Below, in pieces: positions 40,201 through 48,630 of a stretch of DNA of 64,000 nt. The stretch comes from Spirochaetia bacterium. GTDB taxonomy: Bacteria; Spirochaetota; Spirochaetia; SP-2023. A model generated the notes under the pieces. The model searched no databases. It was not told the origin of the DNA and saw only the letters and a program-made list of their open reading frames with translations. Numbering within the stretch: position 1 is the first letter of the stretch; each line of letters begins with the position of its first letter. Made by a program: the position numbers and the translations under genes. Location: the NCBI GenBank assembly GCA_965225855.1, contig CBDDCK010000005.1, positions 1,568,001-1,632,000 on the forward strand, read 5' to 3'.

Positions 40201-42954
40201 ATGTATAAGCTCAAACTACTTTTATTGCCTGTAGCCTGGCTACTGGCCTTTATGGCCTTGGCCTGCGCCCCACCCGATGACGATGCACCATCTTCTGGGC
40301 CGTCTGGGCCGTCTGGGCCGACTATCAATAACGCTATCTACGACTTTGCTACGGCTCTGTTAACCATAAAAGGTTCTAACTTAAGTCCTACCCAAGTGCA
40401 ACAAACGCAAATCCAAACCATCAAAGTATATGGCGTAGTCTTAAATTCCTATACTGCAGATGACGATGCCACTGGGGTAAATAGTAACGGTCTTGAACAA
40501 GGTAAGTACCGCCTGCATAGCGATGGCACAGCGCTTTGGCTTAGACTTACCGATGCCGATAAAGCTACTCTGAATGGCAAGGTGGGTAGCAATGGTCTAA
40601 AAAAAGGCTTGCTTAGCGTTGGCTCTGGTAGTTGGGCGGGTTTAAATACAGCCAAAGACTTGGACGTTAGGAATATACCCGCAGCCGAACAAGTCGATGA
40701 TCAATCGCCTAAGCAAACTGAAGACGAACAAGCTGAACAAGTCGAACAAGCTGAAGAAGAGTCGCCTAAAGCCGCAATTACCGGTGCAAGCTACCATGTT
40801 GGCACGGCGCTGCTAACCTTGCAAGGTACTGACTTAGGTAGTGCGACCCAAGCCCAAATCCAAACCATCGTAGTAGATGGGGTAGCCTTAAGTTCCTATA
40901 CTGCAGATGGCACAGCCACTGGGGCAGATAGTAGCAGTCTTGCAAAAGGTAAGTACCGCCTGCATAGCGATGGCACAGCGCTTTGGCTGAAACTTACCGA
41001 TCAACATAAAGCTGCTCTGAATGGCAAGGACGGTATGGATAGCAATGGTCTAAAAGATGGGTTGCTTGCTAGCTCTGGTACTTGGGCGGGTTTAAATACA
41101 GCCAAAGCCTTGGCCGTTAGTGGTAACCCCGCAATTACCCGTGCAAGCTACCATGTTGGCACGGCGCTGCTAACCTTGCAAGGTACTGACTTAGGTAGTG
41201 CGACCCAAGCCCAAATCCAAACCATCGTAGTAGATGGGGTAGCCTTAAGTTCCTATATTGCAGATGGCACAGCCACTGGGGCAGATAGTAGCAGTCTTGC
41301 AAAAGGTAAGTACCGCATTGCAAACGATGGCACAGCGCTTTGGCTGAAACTTACCGATCAACATAAAGCTGCTCTGAATGGCAAGGACGGTATGGATAGC
41401 AATGGTCTAAAAGATGGGTTGCTTGCTAGCTCTGGTACTTGGGCGGGTTTAGATACAGCCAAAGCCTTGGCCGTTAGTGGTAACCCCGCAATTACCCGTG
41501 CAAGCTACCATGTTGGCACGGCGCTGTTAACCTTGCAAGGTACTCGCTTAGGTAGTGCGACCCAAGCCCAAATCCAAACCATCACGGTAGATGGCTTAGC
41601 CTTAAGTTCCTATATTGCAGATGCCACAGACACTGGGCCAGATAGTCGCGGTCTTGCAAAAGGTAAGTACCGCCTGCATAGCGCTGGCACAGCGCTTTGG
41701 CTGAAACTTACCGATCAACATAAAGCTGCTCTGAATGGCAAGGACGGTATGGATAGCAATGGTCTAAAAGATGGGTTGCTTGCTAGCTCTGGTACTTGGG
41801 CGGGTTTAGATACAGCCAAAGCCTTGGCCGTTAGTGGTAACCCCGCAATTACCCGTGCAAGCTACCATGTTGGCACGGCGCTGTTAACCTTGCAAGGTAC
41901 TCGCTTAGGTAGTGCGACCCAAGCCCAAATCCAAACCATCACGGTAGATGGCTTAGCCTTAAGTTCCTATATTGCAGATGCCACAGACACTGGGCCAGAT
42001 AGTCGTGGTCTTGCAAAAGGTAAGTACCGCATGAAAAGCGATGGCACAGCGCTTTGGCTGAAACTTACCGATCAACATAAAGCTGCTCTGAATGGCAAGA
42101 CAGGTATGGATAGCAATGGTCTAAAAGATGGGTTACTTAGCGTTGGCACTGGTACTTGGGCAGGTTTAGATACAGCCAAAGCCTTGGCCGTTAGTGGAAA
42201 CCCCGCACCCACAATTACCCGTGCAACCTACAATGCTGCTACAAGTGTGTTAGTGATTACAGGTGTCAATTTACCAAAAGCAGTTACAGGCTGGGACTTC
42301 ACCAAATTGAGGCTTGTCGCAGGTAATGGTCGTAAGAGTCAACCATTATTAGGGCACAACCCAAAAGCTTCAGATATAAACAGAGCCACAGGTTCTGCAG
42401 CAAGTGCAACAAGCTTAACGATTACTTTAAGGGGTAGTGAATACACGAAAGCCATAGATATATTGGTTAAGAATGGTGATAGTGATGATGCTGGTGCATA
42501 CAACCTGGAAGCAGCAGCAGGATTTGCCGGTGGTAGGGCTGAAGACACAAGCAATAACCCGATTACCGTTAGTGGGTATGTAGTCGGAATGAGCATCGTA
42601 CGCTACTTTGCTGATGATGGCGAGTTAAATATTACAGGTACTAATTTACCGACAACAGTTGCAGGATGGGACTTTAGCAAATTGACGATTGTATCCGGTG
42701 ATGGTAGTAAGAGATACACATTACCACGGCACGCAACCACAGGTGAAAACACAGCCACAGGTATTGCAGCACGTATAACCATCTTAGTGATTACTTTAAG
42801 CGGTAGTGTAAAAGCGGAAGTCAATAAGATATTGGTTAAGAATGGTCTTCGTGATGATGCTGGTGCATACAAACTTGAAGTAGCAGCAGGATTTGTAATT
42901 GGTGGTTCAGCAGACTCAACAACTAAGATTAAAGTTTTTGGTGTTGGTAAGTAG
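40201..42954 (+). CDS. Variable surface lipoprotein, copy 3 (N-domain + linker + 4 A + 2 B repeats); neither terminus retained
   Basis: Same signal, promoter and 3' module; the 3' module is cut where fliS ends. Confidence 0.9.
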   Translation: MYKLKLLLLPVAWLLAFMALACAPPDDDAPSSGPSGPSGPTINNAIYDFATALLTIKGSNLSPTQVQQTQIQTIKVYGVVLNSYTADDDATGVNSNGLEQGKYRLHSDGTALWLRLTDADKATLNGKVGSNGLKKGLLSVGSGSWAGLNTAKDLDVRNIPAAEQVDDQSPKQTEDEQAEQVEQAEEESPKAAITGASYHVGTALLTLQGTDLGSATQAQIQTIVVDGVALSSYTADGTATGADSSSLAKGKYRLHSDGTALWLKLTDQHKAALNGKDGMDSNGLKDGLLASSGTWAGLNTAKALAVSGNPAITRASYHVGTALLTLQGTDLGSATQAQIQTIVVDGVALSSYIADGTATGADSSSLAKGKYRIANDGTALWLKLTDQHKAALNGKDGMDSNGLKDGLLASSGTWAGLDTAKALAVSGNPAITRASYHVGTALLTLQGTRLGSATQAQIQTITVDGLALSSYIADATDTGPDSRGLAKGKYRLHSAGTALWLKLTDQHKAALNGKDGMDSNGLKDGLLASSGTWAGLDTAKALAVSGNPAITRASYHVGTALLTLQGTRLGSATQAQIQTITVDGLALSSYIADATDTGPDSRGLAKGKYRMKSDGTALWLKLTDQHKAALNGKTGMDSNGLKDGLLSVGTGTWAGLDTAKALAVSGNPAPTITRATYNAATSVLVITGVNLPKAVTGWDFTKLRLVAGNGRKSQPLLGHNPKASDINRATGSAASATSLTITLRGSEYTKAIDILVKNGDSDDAGAYNLEAAAGFAGGRAEDTSNNPITVSGYVVGMSIVRYFADDGELNITGTNLPTTVAGWDFSKLTIVSGDGSKRYTLPRHATTGENTATGIAARITILVITLSGSVKAEVNKILVKNGLRDDAGAYKLEVAAGFVIGGSADSTTKIKVFGVGK

Positions 42955-43078
42955 GGTTTTGTTTAACTGCGCTTGCCCAATAGCTTTTAGAGCATAGGCT
43001 TAGTGAAAGCTGGCTGGCGGCCAACCAAGTAAATGCTGCAAGCAATGCTTGGTTGGCTTAGTTTTTCTAAGCTTTTTA

Positions 43079-43495
43079 TTAACCAGCGATATTCACCCCT
43101 ATAGCTTGTTTGGGGACTTCTCTTTGAGTACTTTGGACTTCTGCCCAAGTATCGCGCAAATCTACAATCTGTTGGCGAATTTTAGGCAGTTCGCTAGAGT
43201 CTTTGCGAATATTCGCTTGCATCAAGATTTTTGTAAAAAAACGATATAAGCTCAACAAATTTTGAGCAATAGAGCCACCATTTTCCAAATCAAGTGAGAT
43301 CTGTAGTTCGTTAAGAATTTCTTGTGCTTTTGTTAAAGCATTGTGGGCCGTATCTAACTGCGGTTTTTGCTTAGATAGCTCTGTAGCCCCCAAGTCAATT
43401 TGTTTGATTAGACCATCATAAAGCATAACTACAAGCCGGCCCGGACTTGCTGTAACAACATCATTTTTACGATACTGCTGCAAGTTTTGATACAT
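43079..43495 (-). CDS. fliS: Flagellar export chaperone FliS
   Basis: TASPGRLVVMLYDG, KAQEILNEL...SLDLENGGSIAQNLLSLY. Confidence 0.95.
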   Translation of the reverse strand: MYQNLQQYRKNDVVTASPGRLVVMLYDGLIKQIDLGATELSKQKPQLDTAHNALTKAQEILNELQISLDLENGGSIAQNLLSLYRFFTKILMQANIRKDSSELPKIRQQIVDLRDTWAEVQSTQREVPKQAIGVNIAG

Positions 43496-43610
43496 GATAG
43501 CTCCTTAGCTTCTATAGATTTTAAAGTGTTGATCTCTAATGATTTTCGGTGCTGTACAATGAAACTTTATATCTTACAGAAAAAACGTAACTACTGCTTT
43601 TATTTTTCCA

Positions 43611-45227
43611 TTAACGGGCAAAGCTTGATTTTGGTTCGCTATTATTCCATGAGACAAAGCGCGCATATTCTGGTATAAACAATAAAGCCACACTACCCAC
43701 AGGGCCATTGCGTTGTTTAGCTACAATTAATTCGGTACGGAAATCTTCAGGATTCACTTCATTCTTTGTAGTTCGTTCACGGTGTAAATACATAACAACA
43801 TCGGCATCTTGCTCTAAAGAGCCTGAACCCCGGAGGTCTGCCAAGCCGGGTGCTTTTCCTTCTGTTTGGCGGCCAACTTGTGAGAGGGCTATTACAGGAA
43901 TATCAAGTTCACGAGCTAAGGCTTTTATGTTCATACTAATTTCTGCCATTTGTTCATGGCGCGGCTGGTTGGTATTAGTTGTGGTGATAAGTCCCAAATA
44001 ATCAATAAAAATAAGCTGTACGCCTTGCCGATGCACCATTCTACGGGCACGGGTGCGCAAGTCCAACAACCCAATATTGGGAGTATCATCGACCCAAAAG
44101 GGAGCTTTGTAAAGGTAATCTATTTGTTCAATGAGTCTGTGTCGCTCTTTATTACCCAATAGGCCACTACGCAAATGGTGGGAATTTACTTGGGCTTGGG
44201 CAGCAAGTAAGCGTTCCATTAGTGAAACCCCATTCATTTCTAAAGAAAATATGCCTACTGGGGTGTGTTGTAAAGCAGACATATGCAAGATCATAGAAAG
44301 ACACATAGCTGTTTTGCCTACAGATGGCCGAGCACCAATAATAATCATTTCCGATTTTTGGAATCCTAAAGTCATACGGTCTAGGTCTGGAAAACCAGAT
44401 TCAATGCCGGTGTATTGGTTTTGGTTTTTGACCTGTTCTTCAATTAAATTAAAAGTTTTTTGTACCAGTGTTGCAGCATCGAGAAATTGGTGTAGATCGT
44501 GGCCTTGTTCTGCCAAGGCTAATACACGCTTTTCAGCATCAGCAAGGATTTGGTCTGTGCCCATATCATACTTATATGCTTGGTGTGTTAGGTCTTGAGC
44601 CAAAGATAATACTTGGCGGCGAATACTGTAACTGCGTATTTGTTGCGCATAATAAGGTAAATTGACACTGCTAGGTATGTTCAGTGTCAAAGCGGCAATA
44701 TAGGAAATGCCTCCGACATTATTCAACAAGCCGCGCGAACGGAGTTCTTCACTTAGCGTTGTTAAGTCGATATCTGCTACTCTCTGGTGCAAGTCGCACA
44801 AGACACTAAAGATAACTTGATGGGCATGTTTAAAGAAATCTTTTTGATTCAGTTGGTCAAAAAACTCATCGCGTTGATCGACATTAGAATTAAATAGTAA
44901 AGCCCCTAAAGCCGATCTTTCCACTTCCAAATCGTAAGGTGGTATTTGATTTTTACGTGAAGGGCTTGGCTCTGATTCTGTTTTGTCTAGAGCCTTTGGC
45001 TTTTCCGTCATAGGAGCTTTTACCTCTTTTATAGGAGGCGGAGGTAGTTCATCGGTAAGCCCTTCTACAGTTTGTGAAGCGCCCGTTTTAGAATCATCGG
45101 TTGGAATTTCCAAGGCATATTGTTCTGCAGGAAGTACACCTGAAGAAATATCCGCTTCTACCGCATTGTCCAACTCTTCTTGTAAGTCTGAATCCATAGT
45201 TGCACTATATGCCTTATTGATTGCCAA
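43611..45227 (-). CDS. dnaB: Replicative DNA helicase with an N-terminal acidic/Pro-rich extension
   Basis: PPYDLEVE, GARPSVGKT, FSLEM, IDYLGL, LSQV.R, DLRGSGSLEQDAD, KQRNGP. Confidence 0.96.
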   Translation of the reverse strand: MAINKAYSATMDSDLQEELDNAVEADISSGVLPAEQYALEIPTDDSKTGASQTVEGLTDELPPPPIKEVKAPMTEKPKALDKTESEPSPSRKNQIPPYDLEVERSALGALLFNSNVDQRDEFFDQLNQKDFFKHAHQVIFSVLCDLHQRVADIDLTTLSEELRSRGLLNNVGGISYIAALTLNIPSSVNLPYYAQQIRSYSIRRQVLSLAQDLTHQAYKYDMGTDQILADAEKRVLALAEQGHDLHQFLDAATLVQKTFNLIEEQVKNQNQYTGIESGFPDLDRMTLGFQKSEMIIIGARPSVGKTAMCLSMILHMSALQHTPVGIFSLEMNGVSLMERLLAAQAQVNSHHLRSGLLGNKERHRLIEQIDYLYKAPFWVDDTPNIGLLDLRTRARRMVHRQGVQLIFIDYLGLITTTNTNQPRHEQMAEISMNIKALARELDIPVIALSQVGRQTEGKAPGLADLRGSGSLEQDADVVMYLHRERTTKNEVNPEDFRTELIVAKQRNGPVGSVALLFIPEYARFVSWNNSEPKSSFAR

Positions 45228-45843
45228 TTGGACTAGAGGCTTTTTGTAAATCTAAATCCATGTCTGTATCATATGAAGAATGATTGTACAAGAAAAGCAT
45301 AATTGCCGTTATTTTTAGAATTTTAATTTTATCAATAATCTAATTTTACTAATATTACCTTTCGTTTAGATTATAGAGTGGGCTAGATAAAACAGATATT
45401 TCTATGAAAAAGCTTGTTAATCTATAAAGTGAGATAAATAGAAATATTGAAACTTAATAGTTAAATGAAATTAAATAGAGACTAATAATAACTTTTATAG
45501 ATAGCTTATTATAGTAGTCGATAAGTTACTATTTTATTGTTCAGTATGTTCGTATTGAACAATTAGTTTTAGCTATATTGTTGAAGTTTATACCTTGTTT
45601 GTCTGCTATACTGAATTATATGTATCATTCCCTCTAGTAATCTCTTTATTGTTTGAGGTAATAAGATAAAAAACTTACCAAGGCTGCTTTTGCCAATGCA
45701 AGCGTTGCAACAACAAGATACAGCCTAATAGCCCAACAAAAAAGCCAACCAAGCATTGCTTGCAGCATTTACTTGGTTGGCCGCCAGCCAGCTTTCACTT
45801 AGCTGCTATAAGAGCTATTGGGCAAGCGCAGTTAAACCAAACC

Positions 45844-47805
45844 CTACTTACCAACTGATGTAACTTGAATATTATTGTTTAGGTCTTCTGCGCTACCACC
45901 TACAAAGCCTGCTGCTGCTTCAAAGTTGTATGCACCAGCATTATCACTTCTACCAGCCTTAACCAGTATAGCATTGGCTTTGGCTTTTACATTACCGCTT
46001 AAAGTAATTATTAAGGCTGTTTCACTTGCACTAGAACCTGTGGCTCTGTTTTCACCTGTAGTTGAGTGCCGGGGTAATGTGTATCTCTTCTTACCATCAC
46101 CGGATACAAGTGTCAATTTGCTAAAGTCCCAGTCTGCAACTGCTGTCGGTAACCTGCTACCAATAATAGTTAACTGGCCTATGTTAAAACTGTAGTATGC
46201 TGCATCGATGCTGGCTACATACCCACTAACGGTAATAGGGTTGCTTGGGTCTTCTGCGCTACCACCTGCAAAGCCTGCTGCTGCTTCCAGGTTGTATGCA
46301 CCATTAGCATCACGAACACCTTCCTTAACCAGTATAGCATTGGCTTTGGCTTTTACACTACCTATTAACTGAATAAATAAGCTTGTTGCACTTGCTTTAG
46401 AACCTTCGGCTCTGTTTCTACTTCCATAACCATAGGTTTTGCTGTTATGCCGGGGTAATGTGAATCTCTTATTACCATCACCGGATACAAGCGTCAATTT
46501 GCTAAAGTCCCAGCTATTCACTGTTGCTGGTAAATTGACACCTGTAATCAATAACTCGCTTATACGAACATCGTAGGTTGCACTGGTAATTGCGGGTGCG
46601 GGGTTACCACTAACGGACAAGTCTTTGGCTGTATCTAAACCCGCCCAAGTACCAGTGCCAACGCTAAGCAACCCTTCTCTTAGACCATTGCTATCCATAC
46701 CTGTCTTGCCATTCAGAGTAGTTTTATGTTGATCGGTAAGGTAAAGCCAAAGCGCTGTGCCATCGTTTGCAATGCGGTATTTACCTTTTGCAAGACCACG
46801 ACTATCTGGCCCAGTGGCTGTGCCATCTGCAGTATAGGAACTTAAGGCTAAGCCATCTACCGTAATGGTTTGGATTTGGGCTTGGGTCGCAGTTGTAGCA
46901 CTTAAGTGAGTACCTTGCAAGGTTAACAGCGCCGTGCCAACATGGTAGGTTGCACGGGTAATTGCAGCTTCGGGTAGTTCAGGCGACTCTTCTTCGACTT
47001 CTTCAGCTTGTTCGACTTCAGTTTGCTTAGGCGACTCTTCTTCAGCTTGTTCGGCTTGTTTGGCTTGTTCAGCTTGTTCGTCTTCAGTTTGCTTAGGCGA
47101 CTCTTCTTCAGCTTGTTCGGCTTGTTTGGCTTGTTCAGCTTGTTCGTCTTCAGTTTGCTTAGGCGACTCTTCTTCAGCTTGTTCGGCTTGTTTGGCTTGT
47201 TCAGCTTGTTCGTCTTCAGTTTGCTTAGGCGACTCTTCTTCAGCTTGTTCGGCTTGTTTGGCTTGTTCAGCTTGTTCGTCTTCAGTTTGCTTAGATGGCT
47301 GATTGTCATCGGATACTTTAGACTGCTTATCGGGTACATTCCTAACGTCCAAGTCTTTGGCTGTATTTAAACCCGCCCAAGCACCAGAGCCAACGCTAAG
47401 CAAGCCTTTTTTTAGACCATTGCTACCCACCTTGCCATTCAGAGTAGCTTTATGTTGATCTTTAAGTTTCAGCCAAATCGCTGTGCCATCGCTTTTAATA
47501 CGGTACTTACCTTTTGCAAGACCGCTACTATTTACCCCAGTGGCATCGTCATCTGCAGTATAGGAACTTAAGGCTACACCATTTGTTCGGCTTCCTACCC
47601 TGATAGTTTGGATTTGGGCTTCTGTAGGACTTAAGTTCGTGCCTTGTACGGTTAAGATAGCCGTAGCAAAGTCGTAGATGGCGTTATTGATAGTCGGCTT
47701 AGACGGCCCAGAAGATCGATCATCGTCATCGGGTGGTGCGCAGGCCAAGGCCATAAAGGCCAGTAGCAATGCTAATGGCAATAAAAATAGTTTGAGCTTA
47801 TACAT
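45844..47805 (-). CDS. Variable surface lipoprotein, copy 4 (N-domain + expanded linker + 1 A + 2 B repeats)
   Basis: Same signal, lipobox and RBS; End B upstream at 48622, End A missing. Confidence 0.9.
   Translation of the reverse strand: MYKLKLFLLPLALLLAFMALACAPPDDDDRSSGPSKPTINNAIYDFATAILTVQGTNLSPTEAQIQTIRVGSRTNGVALSSYTADDDATGVNSSGLAKGKYRIKSDGTAIWLKLKDQHKATLNGKVGSNGLKKGLLSVGSGAWAGLNTAKDLDVRNVPDKQSKVSDDNQPSKQTEDEQAEQAKQAEQAEEESPKQTEDEQAEQAKQAEQAEEESPKQTEDEQAEQAKQAEQAEEESPKQTEDEQAEQAKQAEQAEEESPKQTEVEQAEEVEEESPELPEAAITRATYHVGTALLTLQGTHLSATTATQAQIQTITVDGLALSSYTADGTATGPDSRGLAKGKYRIANDGTALWLYLTDQHKTTLNGKTGMDSNGLREGLLSVGTGTWAGLDTAKDLSVSGNPAPAITSATYDVRISELLITGVNLPATVNSWDFSKLTLVSGDGNKRFTLPRHNSKTYGYGSRNRAEGSKASATSLFIQLIGSVKAKANAILVKEGVRDANGAYNLEAAAGFAGGSAEDPSNPITVSGYVASIDAAYYSFNIGQLTIIGSRLPTAVADWDFSKLTLVSGDGKKRYTLPRHSTTGENRATGSSASETALIITLSGNVKAKANAILVKAGRSDNAGAYNFEAAAGFVGGSAEDLNNNIQVTSVGK
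47029..47293 (-). repeat. Four 66-bp in-frame tandem repeats (KQTEDEQAEQAKQAEQAEEESP) in copy 4
   Basis: GCGACTCTTC recurs at 47031, 47097, 47163 and 47229. Confidence 0.92.
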
Positions 47806-47934
47806 AAGCAATACCTCCAACAAGGGATAAAGATTAACCAACCCATACGGGCTAGTGTGTAAATCCCCATTTTGCTAGGGGGGGTGTTGCGTCAAGGCCT
47901 ATATAAGGCTTTTTGTAAGTTTTTTTGTGTCTTA

Positions 47935-47980
47935 GTGTTGTTTTGTGTTGTTTTGTGTTGTTTTGTGTTGTTTTGTGTTG
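47935..47980. repeat. 10-bp VNTR (TTTTGTGTTG x4 plus a partial unit) upstream of the copy-4 promoter
   Basis: Read directly; about one unit in copy 1 and two in copy 6. Confidence 0.9.
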
Positions 47981-48570
47981 TAAGGTGGTTAAAATCAATG
48001 CCAATCAAAAGGCTTGAGATTATTTGAGATACCTTGAGATTGCTTGAGATACCTTGGGTAAAAATTTGTAATACGCTAGACGCAGTCCGGGTGTTGCGTT
48101 GCGTTTCGTATGAAAGTATAAGAATTTGAGTTTTTTATATCGCAGTACAGCCCAGTTTTTAGCAAAATAATACAATACAATTTTTTGCGATTTTTTTAGA
48201 GACTGCCACAGTCTCATTGGAAAATCCCCAGGTTGCCAATCAAAAAAGCTAGTAAGGTTTTCAGTCAAAACCTTACTAGCTTTTTTGAAAACCTTATTAG
48301 CTTTTTGAGACCGTGGCCCGTTACCATGATATTTTGAAAGCATATTGTTGCCGACAACCCATATGCCGAAAAACAAAAATTTTTTACTTGTTCCATTTGT
48401 GGATTCAGCCGAAAGGCACAAAAAAAGCGGTGCATGGTTTGGTTATCCTAGCACCGCTTTGGCTTTTTGAAGTTTTGAGCGTTTTTGCTCTGGTTTGGTG
48501 TTAAAAATGGATTCTGGCTTTTTCTCGTGCTTGGAAAGTAAGCCAATTTTTACCTTCCATATTGTTCCAA

Positions 48571-48622
48571 AAAATCCCGAGTTATCGCGCCTTATCCCGT
48601 TCAGTTATCATGTCCTCTTTCA
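48571..48622 (-). repeat. End B terminus (copy 2), followed by CCTAAT
   Basis: AAAATCCCGAGTTATCGCGCCTTATCCCGTTCAGTTATCATGTCCTCTTTCA|CCTAAT. Confidence 0.9.
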
Positions 48623-48630
48623 CCTAATGA

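Noticed and set aside
46923..47370. Lys/Asn-rich, Phe/Leu-rich and Cys/Ser-rich alternate-frame ORFs over the acidic linkers
   Set aside because: By-products of a low-complexity in-frame repeat; no independent translation signals.
22138..48622. A single 26.5-kb cargo transposon
   Set aside because: The interval holds core genes (ndk, uvrB, dnaB, fliS) and no transposase; rearrangement between cassettes is more economical.
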